DNA from: Gammaproteobacteria bacterium
GTDB taxonomy: Bacteria; Pseudomonadota; Gammaproteobacteria; GCA-001735895
Direction of reading: 5' to 3'
Length of the DNA: 51,289 nt
Assembly: GCA_030066315.1 (NCBI GenBank)
Contig: JASJBW010000001.1
Span: 1 to 51,289, forward strand
Shown: positions 9,280-19,638 of the stretch, one piece after another
Numbering within the stretch: the first letter of the stretch is position 1
Layout: the number at the start of each line of letters is the position of its first letter
Notes under the pieces: model-generated
Told to the model about the DNA's origin: nothing
Databases searched by the model: none
The model's input: only the letters and a program-made list of their open reading frames with translations
Translations under genes and position numbers: made by a program

Positions 9280-12200
9280 TTATCCCGTTTTTTTGTAATC
9301 AGTGAGTTCCTGTTGAAGTTCGGCATAAGCCGACTCGATGTTGTTAATCAGAATTGATAAGTTATGAATATTGTTGCGCCGGGCAATCTGTTCATAGTTT
9401 GCCGCTAAATCCGCCAGTTGTTCAGCACCCAGTGTTGCAGCAGGTGATTTGATACTGTGAAACAGGCGCGTGATGTTTTGGGTATCGTTGGTTTGTTCGT
9501 GTAATTGACGAATATTCTCCTGGATACTGTTGATCACGGAATCAAAGATTTCAGTAAAAGCTTCTTCTACATCATCCTTCAACTGTTGCAAGGTAGAAAA
9601 ATTGATGACCTTGAGTTCTTTAGAGGTATTATATTTTTCGCCTTCCTCATTAATGCGTTTATCGCCGAGCCATTTCATCAAGACTTTTTCCAGAGTAGAC
9701 AGGTTGACGGGTTTGGTGACCAGTTCATTCATACCATTGTGGTATGCGCGTTGATGATCCTCAGAGGATACATTGGCGGTAATGGCTAAAATGGGAATGT
9801 CTTTGTTGAACTGGCGTATCTTCTGTGTAGCCGTATATCCATCCATAACCGGCATCTGACAATCCATAAATATGATGTCGTAATGATTATCTTGTGCCAT
9901 TTGGATCGCCTGTTCACCATTGTCTGCAAAGTCGCAGTCCAGATTAAATTTTGACAGCATTTTCTGGATGAGTATTTGGTTGGGGATAACGTCCTCAGCG
10001 ACCAGGATGTGGGCTGCGAAACGGGGGAACTGACGTGCTTGTGTTACTTCCATAGAACTGTAAAGGGATTGCTCCTGGCTGGTGATCAGTTTATAAGTGG
10101 TGGGCAGATAAATGGTGAAACAACTGCCAATACCCACTCGCGATGTGACTTTAATTTCGCCCCCAAGCAAGTCTATCAATTTTTTCGTGATGGTTAGACC
10201 CAGACCCGTTCCACCGTATTTACGGGTAGTCGATTGTTCGGCCTGGGTAAATGAATCAAACAAATGATCGATAACCTGTTCATCGATGCCAATGCCAGTA
10301 TCTGAAACCTTGATAACCAGTGTGGTTTCATGATCAAGGGTTTGCTGCCGATCGAGATGAATGGTGACAGAGCCACTTTCCGTAAATTTAATGGCATTAA
10401 CGATTAGATTGGTCAAAATTTGACGAATCTTTGTGGGATCACTCAGAATCGAAATATCCATGCCTGCGGATTTATCAATGATCAGTTGAAGATTCTTTTC
10501 ACTGGCATTGGGTTTGAGGGTGGCCACGACTTCCTGTACCAGAGCATCAATTGGAAAAGATACTTTTTCAACCGTCATTTTTTCAGCTTCCAGCTTGGAA
10601 AAATCAAGAATATCATTGATGATGGCAATCAAAGCTTTGCCAGAACTGCGAACGATGTTCAGCATATTCCTCTGTTCTTGATTGAGTGGAGTATCGTCAA
10701 GCAATTCGGCCATGCCCAGTACTGAATTCATCGGTGTACGAATTTCATGACTCATGTTGGCCAGAAATTCACTCTTCACCCGGTTTGCTCTTTCTGCCTC
10801 TCCCTTGGCTTCCACCAGTGCATTTTCGGCTTTAACCCGATCGGTGATGTCATGAATAATACAATACAGCATGCGTTGTTCATTCCAGTCGATCGGTCCT
10901 GTATGCACTTCCACATCACGAACCTCAGCATTCGCCAGACGATGTCGAAAGAAGAAATGCGAGCGTTGTTCAGTATTGGCTTGTTTGAGGTTCTTTAATG
11001 ATTTTTCCTTGGACTGGGTGTTGATATCATAAAGCGATAATGACAAAAGCTGCTGTTTGCTATAGCCATAGTATTTCAATGCAGCTTTGTTGGCATCGAT
11101 AATGACTGCATTTTCCGGATTGACGATGAGTTCCACCGCCTTGTTATTTTCAAACAATTCCCGAAATCGTTGTTCTGATTTGATCAATTCTTTTTCAAAT
11201 CGTTTACGACGCAAGATCTCTCGGGCCATTTGACGATTCCAGAACATAAACATGCCAATAACGAAAACCAAGACCACACTGATTTGAATGATCAGTTTTT
11301 CATCGAAGCTATCCGGTAACTCAATTGATATCCATTTATCCCTGATCTGTCTTCTTTCTTCTTCGGAAATCGAGCGTATCGCTTTTTCCATGATTTGCAG
11401 TAATATTTCATTACCCTTAACAACGCCAATACTGAGCGCAAACTGATAAGGCGTGGTGCCACTGATTCGTAAGTTGGTATAGCCTTGTTGAGTAATGCTA
11501 TGAGTGATTGTGGCGAGATTATCGATGAAGGCCAAGGCTTCTCCGGATGACACTTTCTCCAGGGCCTGATTGATATTATCGACCAGTATCAGTTTGATTG
11601 CGGGATGATTGCGACGGATCAGGTCCTCAGTGACATAACCTCGAATGACAATGACTTCAATACCGTTTAAATCACTGATATCACTGATGAACTGACTGTT
11701 TTTTCGGGTCAGAATCACCATAGGATAGGTCATGTGAGGTGTGGCAAAATCCAAAAAGCTTTCCCGTTCAAGCGATTTTACTACTGCGGGTAACACATCC
11801 AGGTTCCGGGCCTTGGCGCTGTCAATCACATCTTGCCAGGTTGCATTTTTTTGAATTTCGATCCCTAGTCCGGTTTTCTGACTGATTAAAGACATGAAAT
11901 CAGAGGCCATACCTGCATACTGACCCTGCGCATCTATATATTCAAAGGGGGCCCAGTTGGGATCGACGCCAAGCGTGATACTTTGTTTTTCTTTAATCCA
12001 GCTTTTTTCCAGTTCCGTGAGGTTAATCGCTTCTGGTTGCGCTAAATTCCTTTCATATATGAGGTTTTCGACATTGAAGTCCGCAGGAATCAAGTTTTGA
12101 TCAAAGTAGGTTTCAACAATTCTTTGCATACGTTGAGGATTGATATCGCCAAGCTTAATGAATTCAGGCAGGATGTATTGACGAATCGCTTTGGCTTCGA

Positions 12201-13026
12201 ATTCAAGTGCTTCACGAGATTTTTTCTGACTATAGTCCTGCAGTATCAGATGAATAATTTCATCCGGTTTTTGCAGCGCATAAGTCCATCCCTTCAGGCT
12301 GGCCCGCACAAAATTTTCTACCTGTTGTGGTTTTTTTAAGATGGTCTTTTCGTGGGTGTATATATTATTGCCATAGAAATCGATGCCATAATTGAGTGGA
12401 TTGATGATATTGAAATCAATACCTTTTTGTTTTAACAACATCGGTTCATTAGTGGCGTAGGCGGCAATGATGTCAACTTCACCATTAACGAGTGGATCCA
12501 CGCTGAAGTTGTGATCCACGACCTGCATTTGTTTGAAACTGACCGATTCACTTGCGAGCATGGCCGTAATGACCGGGTTCATGGTATCGCCTTCGGGTAT
12601 CATGATCTTTTTTCCGATCATTTGTGCCGGAGAAATAATGCCTGAATCAGCCAGTGAGATCAGCACGTGGGGGCTATGCTGAAAAATATTGGCCAGTAGC
12701 TTAATGGGTTTGCCTTGAGCACGATCTACGATAATGGAAGAATCACCAATCGCATAATCCGCCTCACCATTGATAATCTTCTCCATGGCAGAATCCTTCC
12801 CGGATTCTAATTCAGCTATTTCAACGTCCAGCCCAACATCGGCATAATAGCCTTTGGCCTTGGCCGCATAGAACCCGGCAAATTCGAATTGGTGTTTCCA
12901 AAATAGTTGAAGACGAACCTTCTCCAATGCGGGAGCGTCAGTTTGTCCCTGTGCGGTTAATGGTAACCCGAGCCATAAAAGGTAAACACAAACTACCAGT
13001 ATTTTTAATGAATAGGATTTCATCAA
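9280..13026 (-). CDS. Hybrid sensor histidine kinase with two periplasmic solute-binding-like domains, PAS, HisKA/HATPase, receiver and Hpt
   Basis: 1248 aa. Signal peptide. NMT1/SsuA-like SBP region ('[23 protein letters not shown]'). Family-3 SBP region ('[14 protein letters not shown]'). TM segment. PAS domain. H-box '[10 protein letters not shown]'. 'GGTGLGL'. Receiver '[13 protein letters not shown]'. Hpt '[12 protein letters not shown]'. Confidence 0.9.
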   Translation of the reverse strand: MMKSYSLKILVVCVYLLWLGLPLTAQGQTDAPALEKVRLQLFWKHQFEFAGFYAAKAKGYYADVGLDVEIAELESGKDSAMEKIINGEADYAIGDSSIIVDRAQGKPIKLLANIFQHSPHVLISLADSGIISPAQMIGKKIMIPEGDTMNPVITAMLASESVSFKQMQVVDHNFSVDPLVNGEVDIIAAYATNEPMLLKQKGIDFNIINPLNYGIDFYGNNIYTHEKTILKKPQQVENFVRASLKGWTYALQKPDEIIHLILQDYSQKKSREALEFEAKAIRQYILPEFIKLGDINPQRMQRIVETYFDQNLIPADFNVENLIYERNLAQPEAINLTELEKSWIKEKQSITLGVDPNWAPFEYIDAQGQYAGMASDFMSLISQKTGLGIEIQKNATWQDVIDSAKARNLDVLPAVVKSLERESFLDFATPHMTYPMVILTRKNSQFISDISDLNGIEVIVIRGYVTEDLIRRNHPAIKLILVDNINQALEKVSSGEALAFIDNLATITHSITQQGYTNLRISGTTPYQFALSIGVVKGNEILLQIMEKAIRSISEEERRQIRDKWISIELPDSFDEKLIIQISVVLVFVIGMFMFWNRQMAREILRRKRFEKELIKSEQRFRELFENNKAVELIVNPENAVIIDANKAALKYYGYSKQQLLSLSLYDINTQSKEKSLKNLKQANTEQRSHFFFRHRLANAEVRDVEVHTGPIDWNEQRMLYCIIHDITDRVKAENALVEAKGEAERANRVKSEFLANMSHEIRTPMNSVLGMAELLDDTPLNQEQRNMLNIVRSSGKALIAIINDILDFSKLEAEKMTVEKVSFPIDALVQEVVATLKPNASEKNLQLIIDKSAGMDISILSDPTKIRQILTNLIVNAIKFTESGSVTIHLDRQQTLDHETTLVIKVSDTGIGIDEQVIDHLFDSFTQAEQSTTRKYGGTGLGLTITKKLIDLLGGEIKVTSRVGIGSCFTIYLPTTYKLITSQEQSLYSSMEVTQARQFPRFAAHILVAEDVIPNQILIQKMLSKFNLDCDFADNGEQAIQMAQDNHYDIIFMDCQMPVMDGYTATQKIRQFNKDIPILAITANVSSEDHQRAYHNGMNELVTKPVNLSTLEKVLMKWLGDKRINEEGEKYNTSKELKVINFSTLQQLKDDVEEAFTEIFDSVINSIQENIRQLHEQTNDTQNITRLFHSIKSPAATLGAEQLADLAANYEQIARRNNIHNLSILINNIESAYAELQQELTDYKKTG

Positions 13027-13115
13027 GAAATCACAAGATTTGTTTTGATTGCCGCATGCATCGAATTAAAGCAGATCATGACTGAATTGCCAAAATATAA
13101 AGCAAATATAGTGAC

Positions 13116-13673
13116 TTACGATCCGCTTTCAGGATCGTAATTCAAATTACTCGGATTGACCCACTGCAGAATAAATTCGGCAATTATCGCGGGTTGATTA
13201 AGATCCAATACCGGTATACCGACTTCAATCGGTTGGTTTGTAGCCACGGCGATGATTTTTGGCTGATCCTCACAGAGCAGGGGTTTTCCCAATTCTGGCC
13301 GATGAATTTCAATACGATCGAGTTCGGCTACCTGGCGAAAACCCTCCACCAAAACTAAATCCAGTTGAGAACCATCCAGTTCTTGCAAGGCCTGTTCAAG
13401 CCCGGGTTCCTCGGGAAGCACATTTTCCTTGATCAATGCACAACGGTAAGGTGATATCAGGAGGGTTTGTCTGGAACCTGCATGGTGTAATCGATAACTG
13501 TCTTTACCCGGTTGGTCAATTTCAAAATCATGATGGGAATGTTTAATGATGGCCAAGCGCAATCCATGTTTATTTAAGATTGGCATGACCCGGCTCAGCA
13601 AGGTGGTTTTTCCACTACCGCTGAACCCGGCAAAACCAAGAATTTTAACGTTAGGGTACTGGGGAATAATCAT
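13116..13673 (-). CDS. mobB: Molybdopterin-guanine dinucleotide biosynthesis adapter protein MobB
   Basis: 185 aa. P-loop 'GFSGSGKTTLL', 'IKHSHHDF', 'PGKDSYR', 'LVEGF'. Collinear with E. coli MobB (from memory). Confidence 0.88.
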   Translation of the reverse strand: MIIPQYPNVKILGFAGFSGSGKTTLLSRVMPILNKHGLRLAIIKHSHHDFEIDQPGKDSYRLHHAGSRQTLLISPYRCALIKENVLPEEPGLEQALQELDGSQLDLVLVEGFRQVAELDRIEIHRPELGKPLLCEDQPKIIAVATNQPIEVGIPVLDLNQPAIIAEFILQWVNPSNLNYDPESGS

Positions 13674-13715
13674 GGCCCCAGTATAGGGCTAAAGGCACTC
13701 TTGAATCACCAACAT

Positions 13716-14246
13716 TCACTCTGGTAAGGCACTTCTCATTTGAGGGTCACGATAAGGACGTAATGCGGTTTTCCACCATAACGGATTACTATCTGTATCC
13801 AGCACCTGGTTATGATCTTGGTAGCAAAACTGTCTATGGCGGGTATCCAGAAATCCCCAGCTACGTTGACTGGCCGTGTGAATGAACAAGGTCCAAGCCT
13901 GTTCTCCAGGTTGAAGATTGATGCGATGATAGATGGATCCACCGATAAAGTTCAGGCTACCCGCGCGGATCAGACGTTTATGCAGGTTATAGTTTTGCTG
14001 TCGGTTACCCAGACGTGTTTCAGTATATTGCCCGCTCAGTACCAGGGATAACGCCGAGTGCCAGGGGTGATTATGCAGTGCTCTGCCGGGATCACTGGCT
14101 ACAAATCGGTGCAAATAAACTTGAATGCCAAAAGGTAGGCGTAATAAATGATATCGCTCCAGGTAGGGTTCATGGTTTTGACCGCGAATCACCCGGCAGC
14201 GGAGGTAGGCACTGATTCTGAATAGAAAGCGATTGATTAGGCTCAT
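13716..14246 (-). CDS. Conserved-looking hypothetical protein with HNHPW motif
   Basis: 176 aa. 'PYLERYHLLRLPFGIQVYLHRFVASDPGRALHNHPWHSALSLVLSGQYTE'. No family recognised with confidence. The His pair suggests metal binding (inference). Lies 42 bp upstream of mobB on the same strand. Confidence 0.55.
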   Translation of the reverse strand: MSLINRFLFRISAYLRCRVIRGQNHEPYLERYHLLRLPFGIQVYLHRFVASDPGRALHNHPWHSALSLVLSGQYTETRLGNRQQNYNLHKRLIRAGSLNFIGGSIYHRINLQPGEQAWTLFIHTASQRSWGFLDTRHRQFCYQDHNQVLDTDSNPLWWKTALRPYRDPQMRSALPE

Positions 14247-14294
14247 GATTTTACTCTCGTGATAGTAGTGACACGTGCTATTATCCGGCCCAAG

Positions 14295-14313
14295 TGGCTC
14301 ATAACGTGAGCCA
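14295..14313. promoter_or_regulatory. Perfect 7-bp inverted repeat TGGCTCA-N5-TGAGCCA abutting the WYL regulator start (possible operator)
   Basis: TGGCTCA at 14295-14301 and TGAGCCA at 14307-14313. Located in the 67-bp divergent gap between the HxHPW gene and the WYL regulator gene. Confidence 0.3.
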
Positions 14314-15303
14314 GTGAATAATAATATGGATCGTACAGAACGCTTTTATCTTATTGATCAACTGCTGAATAACAATCGTGTGGTCACACGTGCCCAGTTT
14401 CTTGAGGCTTTGGAGGTTTCACCGGCTACCTTCAAACGAGATCTTGAGTATCTGCGAGATCGCCTCGGGGCCCCCATTATCTGGGATCATGAACTGCGTG
14501 GTTATCGTTATGAGCAACATCCGGACACAGAGCATTCCTATCAATTACCCGGTTTATGGTTTAACACGAGTGAGATACATGCACTGTTAACGATGAATGC
14601 CTGGATGGAAAATCTGCAGCAAGAGGTGTTATCGGAACATATTAAACCCCTGCAAGCCCGGATTCGTGCCCTATTGGACCAGGGAGATCACAGTGTCGAT
14701 GAAATCACGCGTCGTATTCGTATTATCAGCCAGGCTCGTCAGAGTGCCCAACCGGCTTTTTTCCAGTTGATTTCTCAGGCTTTACTGAATCGTAAGCGGT
14801 TGAATATTAAACACTTTAATCGTCAGTCTGGGCGCTCGAGTGTACGTCAAATTTCCCCTCAACGGTTGACTTTTTACCGTGATAACTGGTACCTCGACAG
14901 TTGGTGTCATCGGCGCCAGGCCATTCGGAGTTTTGCCGTTGATGCTTTAGAACAAGCAGATTTATTAGCGGAATCGGCCTTGGAGATTGATGACCAGCAA
15001 TTAGATCGTGAACTCGGGAGTGGGTATGGGATATTCTCAGGAACGACCTTGCAGTGGGCTGAGTTAAAGTTCACCCCTGAAAAAGCCCGTTGGCTGGCGG
15101 ATGAGCAGTGGCATCCACATCAAAAAACACGTTTCGATGAGGCGGGTTATTTTTATCTCAGTATTCCCTATAGCCAGGCGCCAGAGCTCATCATGGATAT
15201 CCTCAAACATGGCTCTGCGGTTGAAGTCATGAGTCCACCCGCACTGAGACAAGAGGTCAAGGATATGCTGATAGCGATGCAGCAGGTCTATGCCAAAAAA
15301 TAA
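14314..15303 (+). CDS. HTH + WYL-domain transcriptional regulator
   Basis: 329 aa. N-terminal winged HTH ('LEVSPATFKRDLEYLRDRLGAPI'). WYL block 'ISPQRLTFYRDNWYLDSWCHRRQAIRSFAVD'. C-terminal WCX-like region. The track start is GTG. ATG at 14326 (MDRTERFYLI...) is equally plausible. Confidence 0.85.
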   Translation: MNNNMDRTERFYLIDQLLNNNRVVTRAQFLEALEVSPATFKRDLEYLRDRLGAPIIWDHELRGYRYEQHPDTEHSYQLPGLWFNTSEIHALLTMNAWMENLQQEVLSEHIKPLQARIRALLDQGDHSVDEITRRIRIISQARQSAQPAFFQLISQALLNRKRLNIKHFNRQSGRSSVRQISPQRLTFYRDNWYLDSWCHRRQAIRSFAVDALEQADLLAESALEIDDQQLDRELGSGYGIFSGTTLQWAELKFTPEKARWLADEQWHPHQKTRFDEAGYFYLSIPYSQAPELIMDILKHGSAVEVMSPPALRQEVKDMLIAMQQVYAKK

Positions 15304-15514
15304 TCGCTGATGCGGGTGCTTTTTTTATCAGGAGGGCGTTTCTAGATTACACTGGCCAATAAATATAAAACCAATCAAAAGTAATGGCTATTTTCAAAAT
15401 GGAGATTGTAAAAAATTAAAAACATCCTATATTAAAGTTAACTAATATACTGAATTATCAAGTATTAGTCTTTATACTGTTTGACCGAACTTTCGATAAC
15501 CAGGGAAACAGGTT

Positions 15515-18500
15515 TTGATTAAAAGCTTACTTCATTTTTCATTCAGCCATCCTCGGCTCATGATCGTGCTACTGATGACATTGACGTTATCAGTAGTGCC
15601 CCAGTTGCCAAAATTGCAATTTGATGTCTCGGCGCAAAGCCTGATGGTCACATCAGACCCTGCCTGGGATGATTACCAGCAATCGCTCACTGATTTTGGT
15701 GCTGATTCCTCGGTCATTGTCGTATTGTCTGATCCGACACTGTTTACCAAAGCTAAACTGCAACAGGTGCATGACGTTCTCCAGCAATTGAAGCAACTTG
15801 AATTTGTGCAGTCCACCAGCAGTCTCTTCAATGTGCCCAATGTCAAAGAGGATGATGAAGGTTATATTGATACCCGCCCCTTTCTACAAAATCTCCCACA
15901 ATCAGCAACAGAAGCTGAGCGCTTGATTGATGACGCTCTGTCTAATGCGATGGTGGCAGGCAACCTGGTTTCGATGGATCGAGAAACCATGGCCATTAAC
16001 CTGTTTATCGATGCAGAGGTTCAATATCCAGGCCGGGATAGGGAAATAGCAACCACTATAGAACAGTTGCTTGATCCTCTAAGGTCCGAACTGGACGTGG
16101 TTTACCAAATGAGCTCTCCCTATGTGAGGGATCAGATTTCCCGCCAGATTCAAATTGACCAGGAAACCATCCTGCCTGCAGCATTGACGATTTTACTGTT
16201 GGTATTAGCCCTGAGTATGGGGCGATTGAATTGTGCCATCGTGCCCTTATCTTCGGCGACGATCAGTATCGTGCTGACCCTGGCCTTCATGGCTTATATG
16301 GAAATTCCGGTTAATGTTTTAACCTCTCTAATTCCAGCAATGCTCATCATCATTGGTTCAACTGAGGATGTGCATCTGATGGCAGAATATCATACCGGCA
16401 TCCGATCCGGGGCTTCTCGTGATGAGGCTGTTTTAAGGTTACCCGTGAACCAGTCGCTGGCGATCACACTGGCTTTTGTAACCACGTTCGTGGGTTTCTT
16501 ATCAATAACCGTAAATGAGCTGGAGATCCTGCGCCAATTTGGTTGGCTCGTGTCATTCGGGCTCTTAATTAACTTTATTGTGACGGTATTGTTCGTGCCT
16601 GCTTACCTGAGACTTTTTGGCGGTACCGGAATGGGATTACGCCAGGGTATGAATGTATTTCAGCGTTTAGCTAAAGCCATTTTTACGGTGGTCATTCGCT
16701 TTAAAAAAACCACGTTACTCTTTCTGGTGATGGTGGCTGCTTATTTTATCAATGGCACCCAGTATCTTGAGGTCAACAACAACACGTTAGCCTATTTCGC
16801 TAAGGATTCAGAAATCAGGCAAAGAGCTGACGATATTCATCAGCGCTTGTCCGGCATGCAAACTTTTTCCATTATTCTTGATTCATCGATTGAAGGGACT
16901 TTTCAAAAAGTTCGGTATCTTGAGGAAGTAGAACGCATTCAAGGGTTTATAGACTCGCGCGAAGTTTTTGATAAAACGCTGTCTTTCGCTGATTTTGTCA
17001 AACTGACGCACCAGGTTATGGAAGGTACCTCGACTCCACAGTTACCCCTGGAGGATGAATTGGTGCAGGTGTACATGGAATTTGTTCAAAGAGATGCCAT
17101 CAGTAGTTATGTTAACCCTGATTTTAGTAGTACGCGCATACTGGTCAGACACCATATTAGTGAGTCCAAGTTATTGCAGCAGCAGATTGATGCAATTAAT
17201 CATTTTATCGAACATGACTTGCAATCAACCTTGAAGGTGATCATGACCGGTGAGTCGGTATTGAATAACAATGCCGCGGATGCGATGGCCATGGGGCAAA
17301 TACAATCCTTGGTGTTGATGGTGGCGGTGATTTTTTTCCTGGTCTCACTGCTATTTGTTGATTTTCGTGCGGGCCTTATTGCTTTAATACCCAATGTTTT
17401 CCCTGTTGTCGTGCTGTTTGGAGTCATGGGTTATTACCAAATTCCCCTGGACACCGGTACTACTATGGTGGCTGTGATTGCATTGGGTATTTGTGTGGAT
17501 GACACGATCCATTTTCTGAGTCGTTATCATAGCTTCACCCGCGGCACAGATGATGTCGAAAAAGCCTTGGAAAAAACGATCCTGCATGAAGCGACACCGA
17601 TAACCACGACATCGATAGCATTGGCAATGGGCTTCTCGACCCTGATGCTTTCAAGTTTTAAACCCGTCGTCTATTTTGGGGGACTCAGTGCACTGGTGAT
17701 GGTGCTGGCGATGTTTTCGACGTTTGTGTTAACACCCATATTGTTATCATTCACTCGACTGATTACAGTGTGGGATATGTTATCGCTGAATCTTAAGGCC
17801 GATATATTATCCAACAGTCCTTTATTTAAGGGGCTTAAGAAGTTTCAGATTAAACAGGCCATTCTATCTGGAAAGATCAAATATTTTAGCCGGGGCGATG
17901 TCATCATTGATCAGGGCGTCAAAGGCAATGAACTTTATGTACTATTAGAGGGTGCCGCAACGGCCACTCATCGCGAAGACGATGGTTCGGTTCATACTCT
18001 GGGTTATATCAAGCCAGGTGATATTTTTGGTGAGGTTGCCGAGCTCTCTCAACGTACCCGTATGGCCCGGGTCACCGCTGAAGAAAAAACCAGGGTGTTG
18101 GAGATGCATTGGGACAGTATTCGTCAGTTAGGACGTTTCCATCCGCGTATTTCCATGCGCTTGTACCAAAATTTATCTCGAGTATTGAGTCGCAGAGTAG
18201 TGGCAATCACCGAGGAGCAGGATAAGGTACATGATGAGCTGACGGGTGCACTGACGCGCACCTATCTCTGCGAGATGTTAAAACATGAAATCAATCGGGG
18301 GCGATATTTTGCAGAGTCTTTATCGCTGATGTTGATTGATATCGATATCCAGTCGACACAAGAATTAACACAATCACATAAAGATCCGATTATCAGGGCC
18401 ATTACTCATGAAATGAACAGGCATATCCAGAAAGCGGATATCTTTGCGCGCTGGGGTGAAAGTAGTTTTCTGGTGTTAATGCCTCGAGCCAGGGAAGCCA

Positions 18501-18697
18501 ATGCCCTGGCACTCGCCAAGCAGATTCAGCAGTCTATAGAACAGCTGGACTTTGCGAACGATATATATTTGCATATCTATGCGGCCGTAACAGAGGTTAA
18601 ATTATCTGAGGAGAGTAGACAGGTAATTGACCGTTTGGAGGATCAGTTAGTCCGGATCAAGAATAACCGTAAGCAGCTGAGAATCTCTGTCGCCTGA
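15515..18697 (+). CDS. RND-superfamily (MMPL/COG1033-like) exporter fused to a cNMP-binding domain and a degenerate GGDEF domain
   Basis: 1060 aa with a TTG start. Two TM bundles with large loops ('GSTEDVHLMAEYH' and 'GICVDDTIHFLSRYH'). cNMP module 'GDIFGEVAEL..RTRMARVTA'. GGDEF fold 'DELTGALTRTYL...LIDIDI...ARWGESSF', with signature GESSF at nt 18455-18469. Confidence 0.8.
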   Translation: MIKSLLHFSFSHPRLMIVLLMTLTLSVVPQLPKLQFDVSAQSLMVTSDPAWDDYQQSLTDFGADSSVIVVLSDPTLFTKAKLQQVHDVLQQLKQLEFVQSTSSLFNVPNVKEDDEGYIDTRPFLQNLPQSATEAERLIDDALSNAMVAGNLVSMDRETMAINLFIDAEVQYPGRDREIATTIEQLLDPLRSELDVVYQMSSPYVRDQISRQIQIDQETILPAALTILLLVLALSMGRLNCAIVPLSSATISIVLTLAFMAYMEIPVNVLTSLIPAMLIIIGSTEDVHLMAEYHTGIRSGASRDEAVLRLPVNQSLAITLAFVTTFVGFLSITVNELEILRQFGWLVSFGLLINFIVTVLFVPAYLRLFGGTGMGLRQGMNVFQRLAKAIFTVVIRFKKTTLLFLVMVAAYFINGTQYLEVNNNTLAYFAKDSEIRQRADDIHQRLSGMQTFSIILDSSIEGTFQKVRYLEEVERIQGFIDSREVFDKTLSFADFVKLTHQVMEGTSTPQLPLEDELVQVYMEFVQRDAISSYVNPDFSSTRILVRHHISESKLLQQQIDAINHFIEHDLQSTLKVIMTGESVLNNNAADAMAMGQIQSLVLMVAVIFFLVSLLFVDFRAGLIALIPNVFPVVVLFGVMGYYQIPLDTGTTMVAVIALGICVDDTIHFLSRYHSFTRGTDDVEKALEKTILHEATPITTTSIALAMGFSTLMLSSFKPVVYFGGLSALVMVLAMFSTFVLTPILLSFTRLITVWDMLSLNLKADILSNSPLFKGLKKFQIKQAILSGKIKYFSRGDVIIDQGVKGNELYVLLEGAATATHREDDGSVHTLGYIKPGDIFGEVAELSQRTRMARVTAEEKTRVLEMHWDSIRQLGRFHPRISMRLYQNLSRVLSRRVVAITEEQDKVHDELTGALTRTYLCEMLKHEINRGRYFAESLSLMLIDIDIQSTQELTQSHKDPIIRAITHEMNRHIQKADIFARWGESSFLVLMPRAREANALALAKQIQQSIEQLDFANDIYLHIYAAVTEVKLSEESRQVIDRLEDQLVRIKNNRKQLRISVA

Positions 18698-18729
18698 TAT
18701 CAGTTGGCTGCTGGTGTTTAAAAGTGATC

Positions 18730-19638
18730 TTATCCGTCTGTATTTTTTTTGCCTAGTGATTGATTCATGGTTTGTAGGCGTTCATTATCATGGGGAATTT
18801 TCTCTATGTGTAGATGCCGATCCATCAAACCTTCCAAAACAGTGATACGGTCTTTCAGGGGTGGGTGAGTATTGAGAAAAACAGCCATAGTATCTTCCTG
18901 ACCCAGGCTCCGTAAGGTCATCAATACATCAAGCAAAGCATAGGGATCATAACCCGCCCGGGCAGCTAGAACGACTCCGCGCCGATCAGCGCCATATTCG
19001 AATCTTTTATCAAGACCACGCGCATAAATCTGGACGCTTGAATTAACCAGTCGTTGCATTTTTTCACGATGTTTCTTGGAAGTAGCCTTGACTGCCAATG
19101 CACCTAGGATCTCTTTTTTAGAAGTGTCTTGTATCGCATCAAGATGATGTTTTTCAATGACATGGCTGATTTCGTGTGCCAGTATCGATGCCAGCTGGGA
19201 TTCATTTTCCAGTAATTCATAGAGGCCCAGTGTAACCACAATAAATCCACCGGGAGAAGCAAAAGCATTTACATGGGGAGAGTTGATAACCCCGAAAGTC
19301 CAGGGCAGTTCGGGTCGTTCCGATTGCAGTGCAATCCAATAACCTACCTCGTTAATATATTGTTGAAGTCGGTCATCTTCCACAAGTGGTGCTGCACCCA
19401 GTAAACCAGAAATCACGTTACGGCCGATGTTGATTTCATCCTTCTGACTGACCTTGCCCGTGGCAAGATCAAGCTGTTGTTTCTTTGCTTTGAGCTCCTT
19501 TTTTTTAGCTTTGTATTTTTCAATTTTCTGTTGCATTTTGTCCCAGTCAAAACTGAGCGCGGCTGGACTGTAAAAACCGCAAGTTAGCGATAGGAAAAAC
19601 AGTGTTGCTAAAATTTGCAAAGCTTTAAGCTGTTTCAT
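18730..19638 (-). CDS. Secreted M48-family zinc metallopeptidase
   Basis: 302 aa. Signal peptide. 'LAHEISHVIEKHH' HExxH motif. GGAGG Shine-Dalgarno sequence 8 nt upstream. The ATG overlaps the stop of the upstream SH3 gene (ATGA). Confidence 0.88.
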   Translation of the reverse strand: MKQLKALQILATLFFLSLTCGFYSPAALSFDWDKMQQKIEKYKAKKKELKAKKQQLDLATGKVSQKDEINIGRNVISGLLGAAPLVEDDRLQQYINEVGYWIALQSERPELPWTFGVINSPHVNAFASPGGFIVVTLGLYELLENESQLASILAHEISHVIEKHHLDAIQDTSKKEILGALAVKATSKKHREKMQRLVNSSVQIYARGLDKRFEYGADRRGVVLAARAGYDPYALLDVLMTLRSLGQEDTMAVFLNTHPPLKDRITVLEGLMDRHLHIEKIPHDNERLQTMNQSLGKKNTDG

